A DNA stretch of 64,000 bases from the NCBI GenBank assembly GCA_046289265.1, contig JBKBWD010000021.1:2626-66625 (forward strand). The letters are read 5' to 3'. A model generated the notes under the pieces. The model did not search any database and was not told the DNA's origin. It saw nothing but the letters and a program-made list of their open reading frames with translations. The stretch's first letter is position 1. Each line of letters opens with the position of its first letter. Shown piece after piece: positions 19,689 to 30,688 of the stretch. Position numbers and translations under genes: made by a program. The DNA comes from Bryobacteraceae bacterium. GTDB taxonomy: Bacteria; Acidobacteriota; Terriglobia; Bryobacterales; Bryobacteraceae.

Positions 19689-21136
19689 GCCAGCCGCTTG
19701 CGCACGCGCCGCCAGCCGTTGCCCTTGTCGAGCAGCGCGGACAGGCGCCGCACGGTGGAAGCATGTTTCGCGTCGGCAGCCACGTTCCGGGCGGCAAGCG
19801 GCCCGGACGCATGGTCGTAAAGTTCGCGGGCTGCGATCTCGCCGGTTTCGCGATGGATCCATTCGGTGTATCGCCAACGATCATGACGCAGCGAGTAACC
19901 CATGTGATTGCCCTGACGCGGGTACTGCGAGAAGGCTGCCTCCTTCCACGAACGGCGCGGATTATCGAGCAGAGGAACCATCGACGTGCCCTCGCAGTGC
20001 TCCGGGATTTCCAGGCCGCACAATTCCGCCAGCGTCGGATAGACATCGACGAACTCGACCAACGCCCTGGTCGAGGCGCCGCGCAGCTTCCTCCCCGGCG
20101 CGCGCAGCAACAGAGGCACGTGCGTGTCGATCTCGAAGTTGGTGTGCTTACACCAGGCGCCGTAGTCGTTGAGCTTCCACCCGTGATCGCCCCATAGCAC
20201 CACGATCGTGTTGTCCGCCAGTCCGAGACGATCCAACTCGGCGAGCACACGGCCCACCTGGGCGTCCATGTAGGAGACGCACGCCGCGAAGCCGTGGATC
20301 AGCTCGCGCGCCAGCCGGTCGGAGACCTTGCCGGTGGCCGGGATGCCGGCGTAGTTGCGCAGTTCGCCCCAGTTGGAGCGCGCGATCTCGGGCGAATCGG
20401 CCGGCCAGTCCGGCTGCGTCGCGATCCGGAGTTTCGCAGGATCGTAGAGGTCCCAGTACTTCTTCGGCGCGTTGAACGGGAGGTGCGGCTTGAGAAATCC
20501 CGCGGCAAGGAAGAAGGGGCGGTCTTTCAGCCGACGGAGTTCCTCGATGGCCCTGTCGGCGCTCTGTCCGTCAGGATAGGCGTGGTCGGCGACGTCGGGA
20601 CGTTCGTAAGCGGGCCCGCGGCCCGGCGCCTGTCCGGGCGCAGCCGCTGCCTTGCGCTCCTCGATGATCCTGATCGACTCCGGATCATAGTACGTTGCCC
20701 AGGTGGTCTCGGGGCGCCAGGGTCTGACGGACCATCCGCGCGGATCATCGTCGATGTGGTGATAAATTTTGCCGAGCGAGACGGTCTCGTAGCCGCTGTT
20801 GCGGAAGTGCTGCGGCATCGTGAGCAGGTCAGGCAGAACGGTACGCAGCGGCGTAACCAGATCGTAGACGCGCGTGGTATCGGGCCGCGCGCCGCTCAGC
20901 AGCGAAATCCGCGAGGGCGCGCACACCGCCTGCTGACAATAGGCGGCGTCGAAGCGCATCCCGGTTGCCGCCAGCCGATCGAGATTCGGCGAATGGATCT
21001 CTTGGTGGCCGTATCAGCCGAGGGTGGGCCGCAAATCATCAATCGCGAGGAAGAGGACATTGGGCCGGCGTGCCTGGGCTGCCGCCGTGGAAACGGCGCC
21101 GCAGGCAGCCGCGAGAAAGCTGCGTCGTGTGGTCAT
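19676..21136 (-). CDS. iduronate-2-sulfatase-like Tat-exported sulfatase interrupted by one in-frame TGA (21016..21014): pseudogene, sequencing error or recoded codon
   Basis: The ORF track shows only 19676..20959 (MRFDAAYCQQAVCAPSR..., with the formylglycine motif CAPSR). Reading the same frame upstream gives [65 protein letters not shown]. This comprises a twin-arginine signal, the DD metal-binding motif and a stop exactly where the paralog at 39113 has Cys (LGCYGH). Confidence 0.7.
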
Positions 21137-21193
21137 GGTGTGCTCCGGACGAATCTGCCAGCGTACCCATGGCCGCAGACGGCGTCAATGCAG

Positions 21194-23449
21194 CTATTCC
21201 ACGACAACCTTCGCGAGGCCTGCGTTGCCGGCGCCGTCGAAGACACGGATGACGATGAGGTGCTCGCCGGGCGACAATCGTTCAGCGCGGATGCGGAAGC
21301 GCTCGGATTTCGAATCGGTGACGCCGTCCTCCGCTTCGACGGGTGTCCATGTGCCGGCGTCGACCGAGTACTCGCACCGGCGGAGCGCGCTGGTGGCGTC
21401 GGTGGCCGTGACGTCGAGTTCCAAGGTCGAACCGCTTCGGCGCGGTGAACCCGTCGTCACCACCGGCGGGGTGTTATCGATCAGGACCGGCGCGCTGACC
21501 AGTTCAGCCTCGCGGGCGCTGTCGGCAGGATTCGCCGCGCGGTCGGATGCCACAACGCGGAAGAAGTAGCGGCCGTCGGCGAGCACATCGCTGTCGAGCA
21601 GGTAGGTGTTCTCCGGGAAAGCCTCCTTCAACAGCTTCCATTTCCGCTCGCCCTCGCCGCGGAAGTAGAGCGAAAAGAGCAGCCGGTCGCCGTCGGGGTC
21701 GTCTGCCTGCCAGGAGATATTCATCTGCTCGGTCACCGAGCGGTTCAGCGTCTGGGTGGGCGTGCCGCCGGAGGTGGCTGCCCCGACTTCGCCCGTATCC
21801 GTGACCGTGATCGAATAGGGCGCGACCGAAGCCGAGGAGTTCGAGGCCGGCTTGTTCGCCAGGTTGCTGGCCGCCTGCGAAGAGACCGTGATCGCGCGCA
21901 CGACCGGAGCATTGTTCTGCGGCAGGTAAGCGACGCTCACCCCCTCGAGCACCGGGCTTTGGCCGCCGCCGCCGTCGAAGCTGGCGCGCCACTGGATGTA
22001 GCGGGCATTGGGGCTGGTGATCGAGCTGCCGTCAGGATCGGCGAGCGCCTCGGACCAAGCGCTCCAGGTGCGGTCCGGGCGGGCGGAGTTGCCGCTGCGC
22101 GTTTGAAAGGTCAGCTTGCCACGGCTTCCCGCAGCGGCCCGCCACTGCAGGCGTCCCCAACGGGCGACGCTGCCGGCGTCGTGAACGGGCGATTCATACG
22201 TGCCGGTCGACCCCGCCCCGTCGACGATCCGGATCACCTTCCCCATGTTCACCGTTGTAGCGAGCAGGCCTTTGCTCGTGGGAATGAGGCGTGTTGCCTC
22301 GCCCTCTTCGGTCTGAAGCAGCAGGGTCACCTTGCGGTCCGGTGACAGCCTGTAGATGCGGCCCTGGTCGTCTGTTGAGAATGTGACCTCTCCCTGCGAT
22401 TCCAGCAGATCATAGGCGTTTTCCTCTTTGGAGCTCCAGAGCGTCTCGACCGTATTGTCCGGATGGATTCGATAGACCGCGGACTTCTCTATGCCGGTCA
22501 GGTTCAGTACAGGCGAGAAGGCCGCCAGCGCCTGGGCCTGCACGGCGGCATCGGAGGTTTTGGCCTGCTGATCGCCGCGGGGCTTCAGGTCGAGCCCGGC
22601 CTGCATCTCGTCGGTGACGGTGATCGAGGTCACGGTAGAGGACACGCTCACATTGCCCTGCTGGCCGGAAGGCGCCGCGGCCGCGGCAGCCGTGCGCTTG
22701 GCGACCGACCCGCCGAGCGCCGCCGCATAGATGGAGCCATCGGCGGCCGGAACGATCGCGCGAATCTCCGGCAGGTTCGCGTCATAGAGCACGAACGCCT
22801 TGTCCTTCGCGGTAATTCGGTAGAGGATGCCGTTCGGGTCGGTGCCGGCCAGCACGCGCCCATGGGCATCGATAGCCAGGGCGGTAACGTGCATCTGCCC
22901 GGTCTCATAATAGACTTCGCCCTGACCCGCCGAGGTGATCCGGAAGACCTGGCCCTGATCGCCGGTGCCGGCGTAGAGTGCGCCATCCTGCCCGAACGCC
23001 AGAGCCCAGATGTAGCGTGCACCGGGCGAGAAGTACTCCGTCGCGGCGCCGTTCTGGATGCAGTAGATCTTGCCGCCGGGCGAGGTTGCCGCATAGACGA
23101 CGCCTTTCTTGTCCACGGCAACCGCGAAGATTTCGGGCTCATCGGCGGTCCAGACCAGCGTGCTCTTACCGGAGGAGTCCACCCGATAGAGCCGTCCCCG
23201 ATGGCCCGTGCCCAGGTAGACCGAGCCGTCGGGCGCCTGCGCGGCGGACCAGATCGCCGGCTGTCCGGAGGAGAAAACCGTCTCGGTATCGGGCGCCAGC
23301 ATCAGCCGGCCGTCGCGCGTCAGGGAAACTCCCTGAAAACGGCCGCGCAGAAAGTCCTGGTAGTTGTTCAGCTCCCAGGTGGCCGTGCTGGCCGCCTGCG
23401 CGATCCATGCCAAAAGCGGCAGGGCCGCCAGAAGCAGAAGACGTCTCAT
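21194..23449 (-). CDS. secreted beta-propeller repeat protein with C-terminal Ig-like domains
   Basis: Signal peptide MRRLLLLAALPLLAWIAQA. There are many ~40-aa repeats of the type G.(I/V)Y...(D/G)G.L(Y/F)AGT (GSVYLGTGHRGRLYRV, GVVYAATSPGGKIYCI, GALYAGTGDQGQVFRI, GRVLAGTDPNGILYRI). The C-terminal part is beta-sandwich-like (YFFRVVASDRAAN ... IVIRVFDGAGN). Confidence 0.6.
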   Translation of the reverse strand: MRRLLLLAALPLLAWIAQAASTATWELNNYQDFLRGRFQGVSLTRDGRLMLAPDTETVFSSGQPAIWSAAQAPDGSVYLGTGHRGRLYRVDSSGKSTLVWTADEPEIFAVAVDKKGVVYAATSPGGKIYCIQNGAATEYFSPGARYIWALAFGQDGALYAGTGDQGQVFRITSAGQGEVYYETGQMHVTALAIDAHGRVLAGTDPNGILYRITAKDKAFVLYDANLPEIRAIVPAADGSIYAAALGGSVAKRTAAAAAAPSGQQGNVSVSSTVTSITVTDEMQAGLDLKPRGDQQAKTSDAAVQAQALAAFSPVLNLTGIEKSAVYRIHPDNTVETLWSSKEENAYDLLESQGEVTFSTDDQGRIYRLSPDRKVTLLLQTEEGEATRLIPTSKGLLATTVNMGKVIRIVDGAGSTGTYESPVHDAGSVARWGRLQWRAAAGSRGKLTFQTRSGNSARPDRTWSAWSEALADPDGSSITSPNARYIQWRASFDGGGGQSPVLEGVSVAYLPQNNAPVVRAITVSSQAASNLANKPASNSSASVAPYSITVTDTGEVGAATSGGTPTQTLNRSVTEQMNISWQADDPDGDRLLFSLYFRGEGERKWKLLKEAFPENTYLLDSDVLADGRYFFRVVASDRAANPADSAREAELVSAPVLIDNTPPVVTTGSPRRSGSTLELDVTATDATSALRRCEYSVDAGTWTPVEAEDGVTDSKSERFRIRAERLSPGEHLIVIRVFDGAGNAGLAKVVVE

Positions 23450-25194
23450 TCCTTCACTTCCACCTGGATCGTCCTGGATCCGGTAATTGCCGCGTCGTCC
23501 ACCTGAAACTCCATCTCGCCGAGCTTGGAACTCTGGGACTGCGCGCCGGGCGGCGCCGACGGGCTTCGTGCCAGAATCATGGCCAGGGAAGGCGGCGGCG
23601 CGGCGAGGTCCGCTCCCTGGATGTGAAAGCCGGGCTGCGCTTTCCAGACGCGCACGTAACCGCGGTGGTTGCTCTTGAGGCTGTTGATCAGCGAGATGAG
23701 CTGGGCCGCCGACCTCGGCGCGGCGCTCGCCAACTGGCGATAGTCGGACATGTTGGCCGTCGCTCCATCGGAGACCGTAAAGAACAGCGTGCCGACCGGC
23801 GCGCCGATCGGCACCGTCCAGGAGACCCGGCGGATCGTCTCGTCGCCGTTGTCGGCGACCAGCGCCACCGCGACCTCGACGGTTTCGCCGGGCTTGGCTT
23901 CGCGCCGGGAGGCCCAGACGTCATCGATGCGCCACTGCCGCTTTTCCTCCCAGGCTTCGATCTCCAGATTTACGCCCTTAAGCTTCAGGTCCGGCAAACC
24001 GCTCTGCATCGCGTAAGCCAGCGGAATCGCGGCGGAGAGTGAGACCTGCAATGGCACGTTCGCATCGCCCGCGTAGAGGCTGTTCAATTCGATGGGCTTC
24101 ATGCCACCCTCGAACTCGATTGCGCCGCGTACCGCAAAGCTCGACGTCCCGACTGTCCGCTCAGTGGCGTCGATGGCCGAGTAGAGCGCCATCTGCAGGA
24201 GGATCGGCGAGAGAAAACGGTCATTCACCATCCGCATCGAGTAGCTCGATTGCGGTCCGCCCGACTTCGACGCGACCCGAATGGCAAGCGGAACCAGCGA
24301 GGCACGCCGGCCCAGTTCCCCGGCGACCGCGGCATTGCGGTCCTCGACGATTGTGCCCATCCACTCCTTCGCCGATGAGATCTTGAACGACGTGGATAGG
24401 TTTGGCAGCAGGGTCAGGACCTCGGCGCGCGCGAACGGCAGCTCCGTGCTGCCTATTGAGAGGAACCGGTGGCCGAAGGCGTAGATCCCGCGGCCGTCAA
24501 TATGGGTCACGGTGCCGTCTGCCCCGATCGCCATATCGCCGGACATCAGTTGCACACTGATCATCGAGCCCGGCTGCAGGGAGGCCGGGTTGCCCATGGC
24601 CGGCGGCGGAGTCCCGCCTCCGGAGGCTCCCTGGCGAGGCTCAAGCCCCAGGGCGCGCAGGCGCGGCGCGAAGTGATCCACGGTGCCGCTGGTGAAGCCG
24701 GCAAAGGATAGCGGGGTGGCGATTTCGACGAGATGCGTGTCGCCGAAGGAGGCCGCCCGCTTGGGTAGCGCCGCCGTCAGGTCGTCGCCGGGGACCAGTC
24801 TCGCGATCGCCGCCGCGGGGCGCGAACCGGCTTGCAGCATTTCCTCGATGGGACGAATGCCCGCTATGGGGTCCTTCGAAAAGGAAAAAGCCAAGGCGAC
24901 TGCCCCGGCCAGTTTGCCGTCCAGATAGACCGGACTGCCGCTCATCCCCTGCATTACCCCCGTCTTTTCCAGAGGTCCGCCCGAAAGCCGTGCCAGGATG
25001 ATCGACTGCTTCGGACCCACATTTTCGAGTACGCCGAGCACCTCGACGCCGAATTCCTCGACCCTGTCCCCGGTAAATACGGTCTTTCCAACGCCCTTCA
25101 TGCCGGGCCGGATGTCCTTCAACGGGAAGAACGAACTCTGGGCGCAGAGCACTCCCGCAAAGACCAGTCCGACCGAAATAGGCGCGAGACGCAC
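23446..25194 (-). CDS. secreted peptidase S55 (SpoIVB-like) domain protein
   Basis: Signal peptide (VGLVFAGVLCAQS). The N-terminal block ...GVGKTVFTGDRVEEFGVEVLGVL...GMSGSPVYLDGKLAGAV has a GxSGSP serine-protease motif as in S55 peptidases. The stop overlaps the downstream start as ATGA (23446..23449). Confidence 0.6.
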   Translation of the reverse strand: MRLAPISVGLVFAGVLCAQSSFFPLKDIRPGMKGVGKTVFTGDRVEEFGVEVLGVLENVGPKQSIILARLSGGPLEKTGVMQGMSGSPVYLDGKLAGAVALAFSFSKDPIAGIRPIEEMLQAGSRPAAAIARLVPGDDLTAALPKRAASFGDTHLVEIATPLSFAGFTSGTVDHFAPRLRALGLEPRQGASGGGTPPPAMGNPASLQPGSMISVQLMSGDMAIGADGTVTHIDGRGIYAFGHRFLSIGSTELPFARAEVLTLLPNLSTSFKISSAKEWMGTIVEDRNAAVAGELGRRASLVPLAIRVASKSGGPQSSYSMRMVNDRFLSPILLQMALYSAIDATERTVGTSSFAVRGAIEFEGGMKPIELNSLYAGDANVPLQVSLSAAIPLAYAMQSGLPDLKLKGVNLEIEAWEEKRQWRIDDVWASRREAKPGETVEVAVALVADNGDETIRRVSWTVPIGAPVGTLFFTVSDGATANMSDYRQLASAAPRSAAQLISLINSLKSNHRGYVRVWKAQPGFHIQGADLAAPPPSLAMILARSPSAPPGAQSQSSKLGEMEFQVDDAAITGSRTIQVEVKE

Positions 25195-25272
25195 GATTCT
25201 ATTCTATCCTTCCCAGGGCGGAGCCGCCGTTGTGTGCTCGATTTCCGGTGTGCTTAACTGGTAGAAACATCA

Positions 25273-26157
25273 ATGGCTTCGTCTGCCGAGAGTTACGTTA
25301 AGGACGCTCCTGCGGCTTCCGCGCCTCGCATTCCCTGGGTTGCCATCGCCTGGTTCCTGGGATTGCTGATCCTCTGTTACGCGCCCGTGCTCGATCGCCT
25401 GGTGCATCAATGGAACAACGATGAGGACATGGGACATGGCTTCTTCGTGCCCGCCGTGGCCGCCTACATCGCCTGGCAGCGCAAAGACGAGCTGTTCGCT
25501 CTGTCGCCGAAGCCGAACTCTCTGGGCCTCCTGCTGGTGTTCTGGGGCGCCGCTCAGGTCATCATCGCGACGCTGGGCGCCGAGCTCTTCCTGGCCCGCA
25601 CCGCGTTCATCATCTCGGCAACAGGCGCCATTCTTTGGTTGGGCGGCACAGCGGCGCTTCGCATCCTGACGTTCCCGCTCTTTCTGCTCTGCTTCATGGT
25701 GCCGATCCCGGCCATTCTCTACAACCAGATCACGTTTCCCTTGCAGTTGCTCGCCAGCCAGGTGGCCGAGACGATCCTGAGCGCGCTGGGCATTCCCGTC
25801 TTCCGCGAGGGCAACATGCTGCATCTGCCCAGCCAGACGTTGTCGGTGGTGGAGGCGTGCAGCGGCATCCGGTCGCTGCTTTCGCTTTCCTTTCTCGCCC
25901 TGGTCTACGCCTACTTCTTCGACAACAAGGCCTGGATGCGCTGGGTTCTGCTGGTCGCCACCATTCCGATCGCGATCGTCGCCAACGCGGCGCGTGTCAC
26001 GCTGACCGGCATCGCCAGCGAATATGACAAGGAACTGGCCGAAGGCGTCTTCCACATGGCCGAAGGCTGGATCATCTTCATGGCCGCCCTTACCATTTTG
26101 GTGGCCACCCATCAGGTGATCGACCGGCTTTATCGCCGCTTCCGCAAGCAAAACTGA
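25273..26157 (+). CDS. exosortase family protein (short, ~294 aa form)
   Basis: Polytopic membrane protein with exosortase signatures: GHGFFVP, VVEACSGIRSL (catalytic Cys), IAIVANAARV (Arg) and FHMAEGWIIF (His). Confidence 0.8.
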   Translation: MASSAESYVKDAPAASAPRIPWVAIAWFLGLLILCYAPVLDRLVHQWNNDEDMGHGFFVPAVAAYIAWQRKDELFALSPKPNSLGLLLVFWGAAQVIIATLGAELFLARTAFIISATGAILWLGGTAALRILTFPLFLLCFMVPIPAILYNQITFPLQLLASQVAETILSALGIPVFREGNMLHLPSQTLSVVEACSGIRSLLSLSFLALVYAYFFDNKAWMRWVLLVATIPIAIVANAARVTLTGIASEYDKELAEGVFHMAEGWIIFMAALTILVATHQVIDRLYRRFRKQN

Positions 26158-26160
26158 GGC

Positions 26161-28635
26161 TCACTCGATGGCATAGTCATGCCAGCAGCCGGCGGTTTCT
26201 TCCTCGGCTGCCGACGGCGTGGGGGCAGTGGTAAGCTGGCCTCCCTGCGCACCCGGCTCAATCGCGCGCCGGATCTCATCCCGTATATCCCAGAGGTGGT
26301 ACTGGGTCGACCGGTCAGCGACACGATCCAGTGCGCTTTCAATCTCACGGGCAATCGACCGCAGCTCGCCGCGATAGAGCGAGCGGGCCTCCTCGGACGC
26401 GGGCGAGCGCCGGCTAAGGGCACCCGCCATGATTCCGATCTGAGAACGCTGCAGGTTCCGGCGGTAAGCGTCGATCCGCACTCCCGGCATCTTCAGTTCG
26501 CTCCAGATGCCGCGGTGAAGATCCGAGAGGAATTCGGTCGCGCGGTAGACGTGCTCGCCGTCGAGCGCCTCCTGCTCGACCAGGCGCGCAATGCGGCTCT
26601 CCTGGAGCAGCGCGGCCAGAATTTTTGATTGGCTGGACCTTATCCGCCGGAGCGCGCCCGCCGGTTCGATACGGCGCAGAATTTCCGGCTTGATCAGAAA
26701 ATCCGGGACGACGAAGGCGTGGTCGTTCAGAAACTTCACGGCGGCAGCCTGCCGTTCCCAGGGGACCGGTTCGAAACGGACGCCCTCCTGGCCGCCGTGC
26801 TTCTGTTGTGAGTGCAGTCCTCCGACGATCGCGGCGACGTGCCCCATTTCAGTGGTCCACTGGCCGAGCAGCCGCGAGTAGACGCGCTCGAGTTCATCAT
26901 AGGATTCGCCGTGAGTGGTGGTGGCGTCCAGCACCAGGTCGCTCACGCGCGCCAGGTTCTTCAATCCGAGGCCGGTCGAATACACAGCATCGCTGTCGCC
27001 GACGGCCTCTGTAAGCTCGCCGGGATCGGAGCCGTCGGCCTTGGCGGTCGAAAAGCGCAGCCAGGGAGTGCGGTCCTGCTCGCGCGCCCAGGCATCCAGG
27101 AGTTCGCGCTCCTGCTCGGGGCTTTTCGCGCCGGCGACCGGAGCATAGCCCCATCGAATCGCCCAGCGATCATACGGGCCGATGCCGGGAATCAGGTCGG
27201 CGGGATCGATGCCGTCTTCGGGCTGGGCAACGTAGTTGAAGCGGGCGTAATCCATGATGGTCGGGGTATGGCCCATGGTCTTGATCCATTGCGGGTCGCG
27301 CAGTTTTTCCGCTGGATAGAGGCTGCTCGCCTTCATGTTGTGCTGGAGGCCGAGGGTATGGCCGACCTCGTGCGCGGTCACGTACTCGATCAGGGAGCCC
27401 ATCAGGTCGTCCGGCAGCGGCAGCTTCCGGGCGCGCGGGTCGAGCGGACCGACCTGGAGGAAGTACCAATCCCGCGTGAGATTCATGACGTTGTGGTGGA
27501 ACTGAATGTCCGCTTCGAGGATCTCGCCGGTGCGCGGGTCGGCGATGTGCGGACCCTGCGCGTTCTCGACGGTGGAGGGCAGCCAGCGGATCACGCTGTA
27601 GCGGACGTCATCAGGGCTCCAGTTCGTATCGTCGGGCGGGTTCTTGGCGAGGATGGCGTTTCGGAAGCCGGCGTCTTCGAAGGCGCTCTGCCACTTCTCT
27701 ACGCCCCGCTTGATGTAGGGGATCCATTTGCGCGGCGTCGCCGGATCGATGTAAAAGGTGATCGGCTTGACAGGTTCGGAGAGGGCGGCTTCGGGGTCCT
27801 GCTTCTCCAGGCGCCAGCGCTTGATATAGGTCCGGGTGGGAGCGCGGTGTTCGTCCTTGCCAAAGTCGATCTGCTTGAAGTGGAAGTAGCCGACGCGCTC
27901 ATCAAACAGGCGCGGCATCATGGGGCGCTCGGGGAGCTTGACCATGCTGTAGTGCATCAGGACCGTGGCGCTTCCGGCGCGCATCCCCGGGCTGCCGGCA
28001 GGCCCTTTGCCCTCCGCCGGCCCGGTGTAGGTCTGGGTTGCCTCGACTTCGATGTTCGACGGGAAGGCGGCAACGCGCTCCAGGAAGGAGCGGCTCCCGT
28101 CGAAGCTGCGGGCCCGGAGCCGGCCGCGCACGCTGAATTCCGGCACCTCCGTGGTAAACAGGCCGGTGACATCGATCACCACCGAGTTTTTCGGACCGGT
28201 CGCCTCGACCGGAAACGACTTGAGGATTGCGTCGTTATTTGCATCCTGCACCGCCCTGGCGATCGGCTCGCCGGCATCGGCGACCACTTCATAGGAGACG
28301 CTCCGGAGCAGCACCCGATTGTCGCGCCGCTCCCACCTGACGACGTGGCTGCCGGTAGTCTGGCCTCCGTAGCCGACTCCAAGGGTCGTTCTGGCGATGC
28401 GGCTCACCCATAGGAACTCCTTGCCGAATTCCGTTTCGGGGATCTCGTAGTAGAGCTTGTCCTTGCTGCGGTGCACCGTGAAGACACCGCGGTCGCTTTT
28501 GGCGCCCTTGATCACGCGCTCGTAGGGTTTGGCCTCTTCCACCAGCGGGTCCGGCAGAGGATCCTGAGCACCGTGCAGCGTCAGAAGGACAACGACGGCG
28601 GCGCCGGAGACACGGGCCAATTTTCGGGCGTGCAT
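26161..28635 (-). CDS. secreted zinc-dependent metalloprotease (large DUF4953/DUF5117-type)
   Basis: Signal peptide and zinc motif [12 protein letters not shown]. The 824-aa length is typical of this family. Confidence 0.8.
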   Translation of the reverse strand: MHARKLARVSGAAVVVLLTLHGAQDPLPDPLVEEAKPYERVIKGAKSDRGVFTVHRSKDKLYYEIPETEFGKEFLWVSRIARTTLGVGYGGQTTGSHVVRWERRDNRVLLRSVSYEVVADAGEPIARAVQDANNDAILKSFPVEATGPKNSVVIDVTGLFTTEVPEFSVRGRLRARSFDGSRSFLERVAAFPSNIEVEATQTYTGPAEGKGPAGSPGMRAGSATVLMHYSMVKLPERPMMPRLFDERVGYFHFKQIDFGKDEHRAPTRTYIKRWRLEKQDPEAALSEPVKPITFYIDPATPRKWIPYIKRGVEKWQSAFEDAGFRNAILAKNPPDDTNWSPDDVRYSVIRWLPSTVENAQGPHIADPRTGEILEADIQFHHNVMNLTRDWYFLQVGPLDPRARKLPLPDDLMGSLIEYVTAHEVGHTLGLQHNMKASSLYPAEKLRDPQWIKTMGHTPTIMDYARFNYVAQPEDGIDPADLIPGIGPYDRWAIRWGYAPVAGAKSPEQERELLDAWAREQDRTPWLRFSTAKADGSDPGELTEAVGDSDAVYSTGLGLKNLARVSDLVLDATTTHGESYDELERVYSRLLGQWTTEMGHVAAIVGGLHSQQKHGGQEGVRFEPVPWERQAAAVKFLNDHAFVVPDFLIKPEILRRIEPAGALRRIRSSQSKILAALLQESRIARLVEQEALDGEHVYRATEFLSDLHRGIWSELKMPGVRIDAYRRNLQRSQIGIMAGALSRRSPASEEARSLYRGELRSIAREIESALDRVADRSTQYHLWDIRDEIRRAIEPGAQGGQLTTAPTPSAAEEETAGCWHDYAIE

Positions 28636-28733
28636 CAGGATGGTTCTACCTCGGTAAGAACCTTTGGACGGCGCGGCGCCCGGAAAGGTTGCGGCGCGCC
28701 TGAGCTGCCCTGAGCGATACTGGTGGGGTTGCG

Positions 28734-29711
28734 ATGCGCCAGCTTCCCGTCCTTTCCGCCATCGTGCTGTCGCGCTCCGACTACGGCGCCATTCGCCGCC
28801 TCATGCGCCACCTGCGCGCGCAGACGGCGCGATCGTGCATGGAGTTGATCTTCGTGGTTCCCCAGGCAAAAGGTTTTCAACCGAATCCGGACGAGATGGC
28901 CGAGTTCTGGGGCTGGCAGATCCTGGAGTGCGGCAGGATCGATTTGACAAGCCGGCCGCGCACTTTGGGGGTCCATGCGGCCCGCGCGCCGCTGGTGGTC
29001 TTCACCGAAGAGCACTGCCTGCCGTTTCCCGACTGGGCCGAGGCGCTGATCGCCGCGCACGAGAACGAATGGGCCGTCGTCGGGCCGGTGGTCTACAACG
29101 CGAATCCGAGGACGGCGATGAGCTGGGCCCAGTTTTTCCTGGAATACGGGATTTGGCTCGCGCCGCATGAAGGCGGCGACGCGGAGATTCTTCCGGGCAA
29201 CAACAGTTGCTACCGCCGCGAGCTGCTGCTCGAGCTGGGCGACCGGCTCGAACAGATGCTCGACGCCGAGACTCTGCTCCATTGGGAGTTTCGGCGGCGC
29301 GGACTGCGCCTGCGCCTGGAGCCGAAGGCGCGCGCCTACCACATCAACATGACGCAGTGGCGTCCGTTCCTGCTGACCGCCTTCCACGCCGGGCGGCGCT
29401 TCGCCCATCACCGTGCGCTGGGCTGGGGCGCCGCGCGCCGGATGGTTTATTTCTGCGGCTCTCCCCTGATTCCGGCGATCCGGTTCCGGCGAATACTCGC
29501 AGAGATCCGTCGGACTGGGCGCACCGGGATGCTGGCGCGGATCCTGCCGCCGCTCGGACTTTCGCTGATCGCGAGCGCCTTCGGCGAGATGCAGGGCTAC
29601 CTCGGCGTGCTCGGGCAGTCGCGCGAGTACCTAGCGGAGATTGAGCTCGATCGCGAGCGGCTGCTCGGTCCCGGCGACGCCGTTGAAATTCCCGATCCCC
29701 CGGCCCGATGA
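28734..29711 (+). CDS. glycosyltransferase family 2-like protein (divergent; EEH in place of DxD)
   Basis: N-terminal [25 protein letters not shown], then [11 protein letters not shown]. Clear paralog of the next gene over its whole length. Confidence 0.55.
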   Translation: MRQLPVLSAIVLSRSDYGAIRRLMRHLRAQTARSCMELIFVVPQAKGFQPNPDEMAEFWGWQILECGRIDLTSRPRTLGVHAARAPLVVFTEEHCLPFPDWAEALIAAHENEWAVVGPVVYNANPRTAMSWAQFFLEYGIWLAPHEGGDAEILPGNNSCYRRELLLELGDRLEQMLDAETLLHWEFRRRGLRLRLEPKARAYHINMTQWRPFLLTAFHAGRRFAHHRALGWGAARRMVYFCGSPLIPAIRFRRILAEIRRTGRTGMLARILPPLGLSLIASAFGEMQGYLGVLGQSREYLAEIELDRERLLGPGDAVEIPDPPAR

Positions 29712-30688
29712 CAAATGTACCGCTGCTCTCCGCGATCCTGATGACACCGGACGCCGGAATTCGTTTGGCAAAAACGCTCCGCAGCCTTGCGGCGCAGTCG
29801 ATCGCTTCCCGGATTGAGATCGTCCTTGCCGGGCCGGATCGGGAGCGGCTTGGCCTGCCCGGCGAGATGGCGGCGTGCTTCTGGGGTGTAGTCGCAGTCG
29901 AGACGGCGATGAAGAGCCTCGGACAGATGCGTGCTGCGGCGATCCGGGCCGCCGCCGGAAAGTATGTTGTGTTCTGCGAGGACCACAGCTTCCCACAGAA
30001 GGGCTGGGCAGAAGCGCTCGTCGCGCGGCTCGACGAGGGATTTGCCGGCGCCGGCCCGGGAATCGATAATGCGAATCCGGGTTCGGCTCTCAGTTGGGCC
30101 GACATCCTGCTGAGCTACGGCGAGTTCGTCTGGCGGAGGGAAGCCGCCGAGAGCACGGGGCTCCCGTGGCATAACAGCGCCTACGTACGTGAGGAGTTGC
30201 TGGCGTTCGGAGAGCGACTGGAGTTCCTGTGCGAGGCAGACTGTCTGCTTCAGGCCGAACTGCGGGCAGGCGGCCGGAAGCTTCTGTTCGAGCCGCGGGC
30301 GCGCATCGGGCATGTGAACAACTCTACCGCCCGCGGCCACCTCGGTTCGCTCTACTGGGGGAACCGGCTTTACGGGATGACGCGCCGGCAATTCGAGGAG
30401 TGGCCGGCGGCACGGCGGATCCTGTACGCCGTCTGCGCTCCGCTGGCCGCGGTGCTGCGGTTTCGCCGCGTCCTGGAGCATGTCGCGCGGCTGAGAGGCC
30501 AGCACGTACGGCTGCCGTTGGGGCGGCTGCTGCCTTGGCTTGCGTGCGGATCTGTGCTGGCGGCGCTGGCGGAGGCGACAGGATATCTGCTGGGTCCGGG
30601 GGCGACGTACCAGCGCCGGCTCCACTACGAACTGTATCGGGAGCGCTACGTCCGCCCCAAAGACCGGTCTGTGCTCAGCGACTCGTAG
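29708..30688 (+). CDS. glycosyltransferase family 2-like protein (paralog of 28734..29711; EDH motif)
   Basis: LSAILMTPDAGIRLAKTLRSLAAQS, YVVFCEDHSFP, and a shared C-terminal region (LRFRRVLEHV vs [10 protein letters not shown]). ATGA overlap with the upstream paralog. Confidence 0.55.
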   Translation: MTNVPLLSAILMTPDAGIRLAKTLRSLAAQSIASRIEIVLAGPDRERLGLPGEMAACFWGVVAVETAMKSLGQMRAAAIRAAAGKYVVFCEDHSFPQKGWAEALVARLDEGFAGAGPGIDNANPGSALSWADILLSYGEFVWRREAAESTGLPWHNSAYVREELLAFGERLEFLCEADCLLQAELRAGGRKLLFEPRARIGHVNNSTARGHLGSLYWGNRLYGMTRRQFEEWPAARRILYAVCAPLAAVLRFRRVLEHVARLRGQHVRLPLGRLLPWLACGSVLAALAEATGYLLGPGATYQRRLHYELYRERYVRPKDRSVLSDS

